This document shows, piece after piece, positions 1 to 8,310 of a DNA stretch of 64,000 nt. The stretch is from Candidatus Thalassarchaeaceae archaeon. Lineage in GTDB: Archaea; Thermoplasmatota; Poseidoniia; Poseidoniales; Thalassarchaeaceae. The stretch is from NCBI GenBank assembly GCA_045568075.1, contig JBJLBP010000001.1, positions 249,232-313,231 of the forward strand, read 5' to 3'. Below the pieces are notes generated by a model that saw only the letters and a list, made by a program, of their open reading frames with translations, did no database searches and was not told where the DNA came from. Position 1 is the stretch's first letter, and each line of letters starts with the position of its first letter. The translations under genes and the position numbers were made by a program.

Positions 1-934
1 CCTCGATGTCTGGGTGGTCAAGGTCGAGAGTAACCATCTTCGCGGCTCGGCGAGTGGTTCCGCCCGACTTGATTGCGCCCGCGGCGCGATCTCCGATTTT
101 GAGGAATGAGAGGAGGCCACTCGAGCTGCCACCGCCTGAGAGCGGCTCGCCAGCTCCACGGATTCTTGAGAAATTGGAGCCCGTTCCGGAGCCATACTTG
201 AAGAGTAAAGCCTCGCGATTCCACAGGCCCATAATCGACTCGGTTCCGCCCACCAATGAGTCGCTAACAGACTGAATGAAACACGCGTGAGGTTGAGGGT
301 GAGTGTAAGCATCCTCTGAGAGGTGTAACTCGCCCGTCGTACCGTCGATGTAGTGATGTCCTTGAGCCGGCCCGGTGATTCCGTAGGCCCAGTTGAGTCC
401 GGTGTTGAACCACTGAGGGCTATTAGGAGCCGAGCGCTGGCTGGCGATGAGGTAATACATCTCGTCGTAGTAAGCCCGAGCATCTGCCTCGCTAGCGAAG
501 TAACCGTATTTCCAACCCCAGTAAGTCCAGGTGCCAGCGAGGCGACGGAACAATTCGCGTCCATCGGTCTCTCCGACGTATCTATCCTCAGCATCGAGAG
601 TCTGCAACTTCTCATGATCGGGCTCACTGCGTTGAAGCCAGACAGGCACTCCATCCTCCGCCACCTTGCGCAGAGCGACTGGAACGCCAGCCTTCCTCAG
701 ATACTTCTGAGCGCAAACCTTCCCAGGGACGCCTGCGAATCCAGATGGAAGCTGTGCATCTTCGATCTCGTGCGCGAGGCTCCCGTCAGGGTTACGAATC
801 TCTACACTCATCTCAATCCAATCGAAGGCATCGAAGGGGTCAGAGCCGGCTGAAGTAAAGCGTCTCTCGATGACCAGACCCTTCTCAGCTTCGCCAACAT
901 CGGAGACTGTCTCATCCTCTGTCCGCGTTTGCAT
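1..934 (-). CDS. nrdJ: Ribonucleotide reductase, class II (adenosylcobalamin-dependent)-like, N-terminal ~310 aa; gene continues beyond window start
   Basis: Manual reverse-strand translation (not in ORF track, no stop in window) gives MQTRTEDETVSDVGEAEKGLVIERRFTSAGSDPFDAFDWIEM...KVCAQKYLRKAGVP...LMGLWNREALLFKYGSGTGSNFSRIRGAGEPLSGGGSSSGLLSFLKIGDRAAGAIKSGGTTRRAAKMVTLDLDHPDIE, the conserved RNR active-site region. In-frame TGA lies upstream of the ATG at 934. Plus-strand ORFs 353..853 and 870..1247 are shadows. Confidence 0.75.
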   Translation of the reverse strand, partial: MQTRTEDETVSDVGEAEKGLVIERRFTSAGSDPFDAFDWIEMSVEIRNPDGSLAHEIEDAQLPSGFAGVPGKVCAQKYLRKAGVPVALRKVAEDGVPVWLQRSEPDHEKLQTLDAEDRYVGETDGRELFRRLAGTWTYWGWKYGYFASEADARAYYDEMYYLIASQRSAPNSPQWFNTGLNWAYGITGPAQGHHYIDGTTGELHLSEDAYTHPQPHACFIQSVSDSLVGGTESIMGLWNREALLFKYGSGTGSNFSRIRGAGEPLSGGGSSSGLLSFLKIGDRAAGAIKSGGTTRRAAKMVTLDLDHPDIE

Positions 935-1108
935 TTCAATCACTTCCGAATCTTTTCCCCGGCTCGATTCTGTCCTTCGCACACGCGAAGGGTTCAGTTG
1001 TGCTCATGGAGGGACTTTAATGATTGAGGATTGGACCTCCACGAAGGAGACGGATTGGTCTTGGGAAATGTATAATCCGCGCCTGCTACCGTGTGAAAGG
1101 TTCGCGAC

Positions 1109-1501
1109 TCAGGGTTGGATATCCAGTGTCCAATCTACACTGGCGCCGGACTGCGAAATCATGATCCCAACCGAGCATTCCTTCTCATGTGAAAGGGAGA
1201 TGAGCCGTCGCACGAGTTTCTCGGGAACATCTCCCTCGATTACGTAGTGCAAACGCACCGCGGTGAAGACACGAGGTTGTTCTTCAGCGCGGTCGCTTTC
1301 GATTTCGATCCTCATAGATCTAACATTTTCCATTCTGTCTTTGAGGCCGACCCGAAGGTCGACCATAGAACAGGCCGCGTGAGCTTGAAGCACTAATTCC
1401 ATCGGACTGGGTGCGGTATCGGAGTAGATCGGTGTGAGTTTACCAGCGGGGGTCTCGCCTTCCATTGTGCGCCCCCCTGTCCACCTGACGACGCCCTTCA
1501 T
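1109..1501 (-). CDS. OsmC/Ohr family peroxiredoxin-like protein
   Basis: 130 aa; AHAACSMVD...LHYVIEGDVPEKLVRRLISLSHEKECSVG resembles the OsmC fold with two conserved Cys. Confidence 0.65.
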   Translation of the reverse strand: MKGVVRWTGGRTMEGETPAGKLTPIYSDTAPSPMELVLQAHAACSMVDLRVGLKDRMENVRSMRIEIESDRAEEQPRVFTAVRLHYVIEGDVPEKLVRRLISLSHEKECSVGIMISQSGASVDWTLDIQP

Positions 1502-1617
1502 GTCGATAGCCTCAGGCCCGACTGTCTTGAGCCTTCGGCTGATTTGTCACCTAGGATGGAAAACCACCTCGATGGGTTGGCTTCATCAAGGGTTGGCGGG
1601 TCGCGCGCCTGAGAGAC

Positions 1618-2847
1618 ATGAGTGAGAGCGGCGCGATTACTATGGAGAACGGCCAACTGAACGTTCCCAACGAGCCCATAGTTCACTACATTGAGGGCGA
1701 TGGGATTGGCGTCGACATCACTCCAGTCATGATCTCTGTTGTCGACGCGGCAGTCAACAAGGCATACGGGGGCACTCGCCACATCCATTGGTCGGAAGTT
1801 CTCGCAGGCGAGAAGGCATTCAACGCAACAGGCGAGTGGCTACCAGAAGCAACCCTCGAAGCCATGCGAACAGGCCTCGTCTCAATCAAGGGTCCCTTGA
1901 CCACACCAGTGGGCGGAGGAATCCGCAGTCTCAACGTCGCACTCCGCCAGCACCTCGACCTCTTCGCTTGCGTTCGGCCAGTTCGTTGGTATTCGGGCAC
2001 ACCGAGTCCGGTGCGCAACCCAGACTACGTCGATATGATCATCTTCCGCGAGAATAGTGAAGACGTCTACGCTGGAATTGAGTGGGAAGCGGGAAGTGAA
2101 GAAGTAGCGAAAGTAATTGATTTCCTTCAAAACGAAATGGGAGTTACCAAAATCCGCTTCCCTAACACATCAGGAATCGGAATCAAACCAATCAGTAGCG
2201 AAGGGACTACGCGTATCGTGCGTGCAGCAATCCAGTATGCAATTGACAATGACAAGGATTCTGTAACATTGGTCCACAAAGGCAACATCATGAAATTTAC
2301 AGAGGGCGGTTTCCGCGACTGGGGATACCAACTCGCAAAGGACGAATTCGGAGCAACCGAACTCGATGGTGGCCCATGGTGCACTCTTACCAACCCCAAT
2401 ACGGGTAACACGATCACGATCAAGGATGTCATTGCGGACGCAATGCTACAACAAGTCCTCACGCGCCCGCGCGAGTACGGAGTCCTAACTACGATGAATC
2501 TCAATGGCGACTACATATCGGACGCACTCGCAGCTCAAGTGGGTGGCATCGGAATCGCACCCGGGGCGAACATAAATTATGATACAGGAATTTCAATTTT
2601 CGAAGCCACGCATGGCACCGCACCAAAGTATGCAGGTCAAGACAAGGTCAATCCAGGAAGTCTGATTTTGTCGGCAGAAATGATGCTGCGTCACATGGGA
2701 TGGGGCGAAGCTGCCGATCTCATCGTCAAGGGTATGGAAGGAGCAATTTCAGCCGGCACTGTGACCTATGACTTCGAACGCCTGATGGACGATGCAACTC
2801 TTCTTTCCTGCTCCGACTTCGGCGCGGCGCTAGTATCCCACATGTGA
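1618..2847 (+). CDS. icd: Isocitrate dehydrogenase (NADP-type)
   Basis: 409 aa; [59 protein letters not shown] are classic IDH motifs. Confidence 0.9.
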   Translation: MSESGAITMENGQLNVPNEPIVHYIEGDGIGVDITPVMISVVDAAVNKAYGGTRHIHWSEVLAGEKAFNATGEWLPEATLEAMRTGLVSIKGPLTTPVGGGIRSLNVALRQHLDLFACVRPVRWYSGTPSPVRNPDYVDMIIFRENSEDVYAGIEWEAGSEEVAKVIDFLQNEMGVTKIRFPNTSGIGIKPISSEGTTRIVRAAIQYAIDNDKDSVTLVHKGNIMKFTEGGFRDWGYQLAKDEFGATELDGGPWCTLTNPNTGNTITIKDVIADAMLQQVLTRPREYGVLTTMNLNGDYISDALAAQVGGIGIAPGANINYDTGISIFEATHGTAPKYAGQDKVNPGSLILSAEMMLRHMGWGEAADLIVKGMEGAISAGTVTYDFERLMDDATLLSCSDFGAALVSHM

Positions 2848-4278
2848 GTGATTTTGTTGAATTTTGCTTCACTCAATTTGTGCGAGCCTTTGCTCGAGGC
2901 TCTCGATGACATAGGTTACGAGATCCCGACGCCGATTCAGGAGGAAGCAATTCCTTACTTGCTCGAGGGCAGAGATGTGTTGGGCTGTGCCCAAACCGGT
3001 ACCGGAAAAACGGCGGCCTTCTCCCTCCCAATCCTTCACATAATGGCCGAAACACCTCGCAATGGGCCTCGTAAAATTCGCACATTGATGCTCTGCCCAA
3101 CAAGAGAGTTGGCAGCACAAATTCACGAGAATATCGAATTGTACGCGTCCAAACTCGATATTCGTAGCATGGTCATGTTCGGCGGAGTCAGTCAGAAACC
3201 GCAGGAGAGGAATTTGCGCCGAGGAGTCGACATATTGGTGGCAACACCAGGGAGACTCCTCGACCTAATGAGCCAACGTTTGGTAGATCTCTCAAAGGTG
3301 GAATTCCTCGTTTTCGACGAGGCAGACCGAATGCTCGATATGGGATTCATTCGCGATATTCAGAAGATTTTGGCTCACGTACCTAAAAAGCGCCAAAGTC
3401 TACTATTCAGCGCAACAATGCCACACTCAATCGTCTCATTATCCAAGGATATGCTATTCGATCCGAAAAGAATTGATATCACTCCGGAATCGACGACTGT
3501 CGAGGCGATTCAACAATCTCTCATGTTCGTAAAGAAAGCCGATAAGCGCCCACTTCTCAACCATATTCTACTCGAAGAAAGTCCCGAAAAGATGCTTATC
3601 TTCGGCCGCACTAAACACGGCTGCAACAAGATAGTCCGCCTCCTTGAAAGAGATGGCTTCGAAGCTCTCGCCATCCATGGAAACAAGAGTCAGGGCGCAC
3701 GCGAGCGCGCCCTGGGCCGCTTCCGCAACGGTACCCTCCAAATTCTCGTCGCTACAGATGTCGCCAGTCGCGGCATCGATGTCTCTGACATCAGTCATGT
3801 CATCAATTACGACCTACCCAACGTGCCCGAGGTTTACGTTCACCGTATTGGCAGAACGGGCCGAGCAGGCCAAGGGGGCATCGCAATTGCATTCTGTGAT
3901 GAGAATGAGGGCGAGTATCTTCGAGGTATCGAGAAAACAATTCGACAAAGCATTCCAGTCAACGAGGAGCATCCATTCCATTCCACCAAAGCTCAATCGA
4001 AGAAGGGCGATAAGGCACCTAAAAAGAAGCAACGTCGGGGTCGCCCACGCCGCATTGGCGTAGAAGACAGAGTCAGCAGAAAATCATCTAAGAAGGCTGG
4101 AAATAAATTCTCAGGAAGGGGCGGCAGCAGCAGCCGAAAATCATCGAATAGAGGTGGAAATAAATCCCCAGGAAGAGGCGGCCACAAGCGCTCTAGGGGA
4201 GGCGATCGCACAGGCAATCGTAGCGGCGCTGGCAACCGAACCCGAAATCGCTCAGGCGGAGCCAATCGTAAGAGATAG
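2848..4278 (+). CDS. DEAD-box ATP-dependent RNA helicase with C-terminal RGG/arginine-rich low-complexity tail
   Basis: Q-motif F...PTPIQ, Walker A AQTGTGKT, DEAD (VFDEADRM), SAT, HRIGRTGRAG. Last ~90 aa are RGG/RSG repeats. GTG start directly after icd stop. Confidence 0.85.
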   Translation: MILLNFASLNLCEPLLEALDDIGYEIPTPIQEEAIPYLLEGRDVLGCAQTGTGKTAAFSLPILHIMAETPRNGPRKIRTLMLCPTRELAAQIHENIELYASKLDIRSMVMFGGVSQKPQERNLRRGVDILVATPGRLLDLMSQRLVDLSKVEFLVFDEADRMLDMGFIRDIQKILAHVPKKRQSLLFSATMPHSIVSLSKDMLFDPKRIDITPESTTVEAIQQSLMFVKKADKRPLLNHILLEESPEKMLIFGRTKHGCNKIVRLLERDGFEALAIHGNKSQGARERALGRFRNGTLQILVATDVASRGIDVSDISHVINYDLPNVPEVYVHRIGRTGRAGQGGIAIAFCDENEGEYLRGIEKTIRQSIPVNEEHPFHSTKAQSKKGDKAPKKKQRRGRPRRIGVEDRVSRKSSKKAGNKFSGRGGSSSRKSSNRGGNKSPGRGGHKRSRGGDRTGNRSGAGNRTRNRSGGANRKR

Positions 4279-4411
4279 TTTCAGAGAAAGAGGTTCTTGA
4301 TTTCCTTGAGAAATCTATAGAGAAACTCTTCAAAGACCTATATGAAGATTAGTTTCATCCTTACAGTGGCCCGAAACACTCCTTCAATAGTGAATCCAAT
4401 CACGTTCGGCC

Positions 4412-6760
4412 ATGAGTAACAAAAATGCCTCTATTGCCCTGCTAGTGATTGCCAGCCTACTTGTCTCACCGGTCGTAGTCGCCGATGAGAACGAAGACAT
4501 ACCGACCAATGCTTCTGCGACCGGTGTACACGACTCCCTCGTGGCCGCTCTCGACAAAGCAAATCTCGTTGCAACTCTGCAAGGAGACGGTCCGTTCACA
4601 GTCTTCGCGCCAACTGACCAGGCCTTCGCCGATGCCGGCATTGATCTGGACTCGTTCAACACCGACGCGGAGATTGCAGCACTGACTGACATCCTGTTGT
4701 ACCACGTGTACTCAGGAGCTGTCTACGCTGCTGACGTTACCGACGGACTAACCGTCGCTATGGTAAATGGAGACGACCTAACTTTCTCTGTAGTCGATGG
4801 CACCGTCTCTATGGGAGATGGATCGACCGTAACCACGGCTGACGTAGTTGCATCAAACGGTGTAATCCACGTCATCGACAAGGTTCTGATGCCACCAGCG
4901 GATATCTTCGACATACCAACAACTGCACAAGGAACTGGTATTCACGACTCTCTAGTAGCAGCTGTGATTCAGGCAGAACTTCTTACAACTCTGCAGGGCG
5001 ATGGTCCATTCACGGTCTTCGCACCTACTGACCAGGCTTTTGCTGACGCAGGAATCGACCTAGCTGCACTCGACAACGAGGATGGCAAGGCAGCACTGAC
5101 TGACATCTTGCTCTACCACGTTGTATCGGGCAGTGTCGCATCATCAGCTGTAACTGATGGAATGACAGCAGCAGCAGTCAACGGCGATGATCTCACCTTC
5201 TCCGTCGGAGAAGGCGTGATGGTCAACGATGCCAACGTCATCCTCGCGGATGTAATGGCAACCAATGGAATCATCCACGTCATCGACAAGGTTCTGATGC
5301 CAGCACCTGACATAACAGAAGAAGATGGAGACATATGCTACAATATGGCCACCCACACACTCGTGGCCGGAGCATCGTTCGAGGAGTGTATGGCATACAT
5401 GTATGTCGTAGACTACGAAATGAATGGTCAAACATTCACTGGTTGTTACAACACAGTGTCCCACGACCTATCGATGGTTACCCAAGAAGTCTGTGAGTCA
5501 TACATGTGGACTCCTGCGGTAGACATTGGAATGACAGCACAGGCAACCACAATCCACAATTCGTTGGTAGCTGCTGTAGTGCAGGCCGAACTTCTAACCA
5601 CTCTCCAAGGAGACGGTCCGTTCACAGTCTTCGCACCTACCGATGACGCGTTCACCGCTGCAGGTATCGACCTAGCTGCACTCGACAACGAGGAAGGCAA
5701 GGCAGCCTTGACTGACATCCTACTATACCACGTCTACTCGGGATCAGTCGCAGCCGCTGATGTCACTGATGGCATGACTGCAACCATGGTCAATGGAGAT
5801 GATGCAACCTTCACAGTTGGAGACGGTGTCATGATTAACGATGCAAATGTCATACTTGCTGATGTAATGGCATCAAACGGAATCATCCACGTCATCGACA
5901 AGGTTCTGATGCCACCAGCGGATATCTTCGACATCCCAACAACTGCACAAGGAACTGGTATTCACGACTCTCTAGTAGCAGCTGTGATTCAGGCAGAACT
6001 TCTTGCAACTCTGCAAGGAGACGGACCGTTCACGGTCTTTGCACCTACTGACCAGGCCTTTGCTGACGCAGGTATCGACCTAGCTGCCCTCGACAACGAG
6101 GCTGGCAAGGCAGCACTGACTGACATCTTGCTCTACCACGTTGTATCGGGTAGTGTCGCATCATCAGCAGTAACTGATGGAATGACAGCAGCAGCAGTCA
6201 ACGGCTACGATCTCACCTTCTCCGTCGGAGAAGGCGTGATGGTCAACGACGCCAACGTCATCCTCGCGGATGTAATGGCAACCAATGGAATCATCCACGT
6301 CATCGACAAGGTTCTGATGCCACCAGCAAATGCTCCTGACACAACAGGATGCGATGCTGTAATCGGAATCGATGAATCTGGTATGGCATACGACACACCC
6401 TATCTCGAGGTAGATGTCGGAGCTACCGTCTGTTGGGTCTGGACTGATGAGTCAATGGCTCACAATGTCGCACAGATCGCCAAGGAAGGAGATACAACCC
6501 GCTACATGGGTGGAGTATACAGTGGTGAGTCAATGACCACTGTCGACTTCAGGTATACCTTCGATGTCGACCAGACGTTCAACTACATTTGCGAGCCACA
6601 CGCAACTACAGGTATGGAGGGTCAGATTGTAGTCGGCACTGGTAGTATCGATACACCAGACGATGATGATGATGCAAGCCTACCTGGATTCACAGCAGGA
6701 ATCGCAGCCTTGGCTGTATTCGGAGCAGTGATGCTGGTAGCTGGACGTAGACAGAACTGA
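4412..6760 (+). CDS. Secreted surface protein: multiple FAS1 (fasciclin) domains + C-terminal halocyanin-like cupredoxin domain + PGF-CTERM sorting signal
   Basis: Signal peptide. Repeated FAS1 signature (LQGDGPFTVFAPTDQAF...ALTDILLYHV...NGIIHVIDKVLMP). C-terminal domain with Cys-x2-His-x4-Met (YICEPHATTGM) type-1 Cu pattern. Ends DDDDDASLPGFTAGIAALAVFGAVMLVAGRRQN (PGF-CTERM). Confidence 0.85.
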   Translation: MSNKNASIALLVIASLLVSPVVVADENEDIPTNASATGVHDSLVAALDKANLVATLQGDGPFTVFAPTDQAFADAGIDLDSFNTDAEIAALTDILLYHVYSGAVYAADVTDGLTVAMVNGDDLTFSVVDGTVSMGDGSTVTTADVVASNGVIHVIDKVLMPPADIFDIPTTAQGTGIHDSLVAAVIQAELLTTLQGDGPFTVFAPTDQAFADAGIDLAALDNEDGKAALTDILLYHVVSGSVASSAVTDGMTAAAVNGDDLTFSVGEGVMVNDANVILADVMATNGIIHVIDKVLMPAPDITEEDGDICYNMATHTLVAGASFEECMAYMYVVDYEMNGQTFTGCYNTVSHDLSMVTQEVCESYMWTPAVDIGMTAQATTIHNSLVAAVVQAELLTTLQGDGPFTVFAPTDDAFTAAGIDLAALDNEEGKAALTDILLYHVYSGSVAAADVTDGMTATMVNGDDATFTVGDGVMINDANVILADVMASNGIIHVIDKVLMPPADIFDIPTTAQGTGIHDSLVAAVIQAELLATLQGDGPFTVFAPTDQAFADAGIDLAALDNEAGKAALTDILLYHVVSGSVASSAVTDGMTAAAVNGYDLTFSVGEGVMVNDANVILADVMATNGIIHVIDKVLMPPANAPDTTGCDAVIGIDESGMAYDTPYLEVDVGATVCWVWTDESMAHNVAQIAKEGDTTRYMGGVYSGESMTTVDFRYTFDVDQTFNYICEPHATTGMEGQIVVGTGSIDTPDDDDDASLPGFTAGIAALAVFGAVMLVAGRRQN
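4863..5305. repeat. Copy 1 of a ~445 bp near-identical intragenic tandem duplication (period ~1020 bp) inside the FAS1 gene
   Basis: 4863-5305 aligns nearly base-for-base with 5883-6325 (e.g. ccacgtcatcgacaaggttctgatgccaccagcggatatcttcgaca). Confidence 0.85.
5883..6325. repeat. Copy 2 of the intragenic FAS1 tandem duplication
   Basis: See copy 1; only scattered substitutions between copies. Confidence 0.85.
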
Positions 6761-7083
6761 TTGCGCTGTAATGCAATCAACTTGTCCATCCTCCTCTATG
6801 GTTCCTCATAGAGTCTCGATGTTAGATCGAAGACTCCAGAGGGCCTAGAGGAGGGTGGCAACACAGCGATGGAGGAGGTCGGGCCCCCGACGAGGCCCAC
6901 CTCCCACATGTGACAGAAACCGGTCTCGGCTTCATTCGGAAGAATTGCCGAACCGACAGGCCCTAGTTTTGGCCAAGAAATTGAAATTTCCGTTAATCGA
7001 CCTTGCCTTTCGTGTTTTTTCTGTTATTCGTCGAAAAAACCTTTCTTTCCAGTGCAATTCGGCTTATCACGGCGGTGTTGTAT

Positions 7084-7156
7084 AATGCACCGACTGTATT
7101 TTGTTGTAGCCGTTGTGATTATTATCACTCCACGGTTTAATTATTGCACCGAGTGT
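7084..7156 (+). promoter_or_regulatory. Candidate promoter/operator of the beta-oxidation operon: direct repeats AATGCACCGACTGT (7084-7097) and ATTGCACCGAGTGT (7143-7156), palindrome GTGAT-N4-ATCAC (7115-7128), TATA-like TTTAATTA (7136-7143) ~25 bp upstream of the ATG
   Basis: Seen directly in the AT-rich intergenic region upstream of thiolase; geometry fits a leaderless archaeal promoter with a flanking operator. Confidence 0.4.
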
Positions 7157-7167
7157 TGTCTGACTAC

Positions 7168-8301
7168 ATGACAGTCATCGCTGGATACGCACGTTCGCCC
7201 TTCACCCCTGCTCGAAAGGGGGGACTCGCTCGCACTCGCCCCGATGATATCGCTGCAATGGTAGTCGATGGATTGATCGAAAAACTGGGGCTTGACCCCA
7301 CTCTAGTCGAGGACATAATTGTTGGAACCGCCTTCCCAGAAGGTGAGCAAGGATTCAATCTAGCGCGGATGCTGACTTTCTTGACTGATTTACCCGAGTC
7401 GGTTCCGGGAGTTACCATCAATCGATTCTGTGGCTCCAGCATGCAAGCAATCCATGATGCTGCTGGACGAATTGCGATGGGCGCTGGTGAGGCGTTCATC
7501 GCCGGTGGAATTGAATCAATGACGCGGATTCCAATGACTGGTTTCAATCCGATGCCGAATCCACGTATGTCCGATATAGCGCCCGACGCCTTCACCTCGA
7601 TGGGAATTACCGCCGAAAATTTGGCTGTGAAATACGAGATTGACCGCGTGACCCAGGAGGCTTTCGCAATCGAGAGCCACGCGCGTGCGAGCAGCGCGCG
7701 TGAAGCAGGCAATTTAGCTGATGAAATCGTTGGCATAGAGACAGATGATGGCTTAGTGTCCGAGGATGGTTGCATTCGTCCAGGTACTGATGCAGAGACT
7801 CTGGCTGGGTTGAATCCAGCATTCGATGCTTCTGGCTCGGTCACTGCTGGCACCTCTTCTCCTCTTACCGACGGAGCGGCTTTCGTCCTCGTCTGCACAG
7901 AGGAATTTGCCCAGGAAAATGGACTCAAGCCGCTTGCGCGCATCCTTTCGACAGCGGTCAGTGGATGTGCGCCTGAACTCATGGGCATAGGTCCGGTTGA
8001 AGCTAGTAACAAGGCATTAGAGAGAGCCGGTCTGACACTAGACGATATCGACATTGTCGAACTTAACGAGGCCTTCGCAGCTCAATCCCTGGCGGTCATC
8101 CAAGAACTTGGCCTCGATTCATCAAAAGTCAATATCGACGGAGGTGCAATCGCTCTTGGCCACCCATTGGGAGCTAGTGGCGCGCGCATCACCGGCAAGG
8201 CGGCTAGCCTGCTTCAGCGCAATGGAGCAAAGCTCGCGTTGGCCACGATGTGCGTAGGTGGCGGGCAAGGAATCGCCACCGTTCTTGAGAAGTATGAATG
8301 A
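7168..8301 (+). CDS. Acetyl-CoA C-acetyltransferase / 3-ketoacyl-CoA thiolase
   Basis: [13 protein letters not shown] start, [11 protein letters not shown] (active Cys), C-terminal [11 protein letters not shown] and MCVGGGQG thiolase motifs. The ORF-track start at 7144 is a TTG; ATG 7168 preferred. Confidence 0.9.
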   Translation: MTVIAGYARSPFTPARKGGLARTRPDDIAAMVVDGLIEKLGLDPTLVEDIIVGTAFPEGEQGFNLARMLTFLTDLPESVPGVTINRFCGSSMQAIHDAAGRIAMGAGEAFIAGGIESMTRIPMTGFNPMPNPRMSDIAPDAFTSMGITAENLAVKYEIDRVTQEAFAIESHARASSAREAGNLADEIVGIETDDGLVSEDGCIRPGTDAETLAGLNPAFDASGSVTAGTSSPLTDGAAFVLVCTEEFAQENGLKPLARILSTAVSGCAPELMGIGPVEASNKALERAGLTLDDIDIVELNEAFAAQSLAVIQELGLDSSKVNIDGGAIALGHPLGASGARITGKAASLLQRNGAKLALATMCVGGGQGIATVLEKYE

Positions 8302-8310
8302 GGTGAGTGA

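Noticed and set aside
353-1247. Plus-strand ORFs 353..853 and 870..1247 (and small ORFs 6..275, 18..224)
   Set aside because: Low-complexity, non-protein-like translations. They are shadows of the much better minus-strand RNR reading frame, which manual translation shows to be continuous through 1-934.
6761-7083. ORF 6855..7085 and small hairpins (GATTGC-N8-GCAATC at 6761-6780; GGGCC-N8-GGCCC at ~6886) in the fasciclin-thiolase intergenic region
   Set aside because: The ORF translation is not protein-like. The hairpins may be a terminator for the fasciclin gene, but the evidence is too weak to call a feature or an ncRNA.
7164-8054. 296-aa antisense ORF inside the thiolase gene
   Set aside because: P/S/A-rich shadow ORF. 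The sense strand has unambiguous thiolase motifs.
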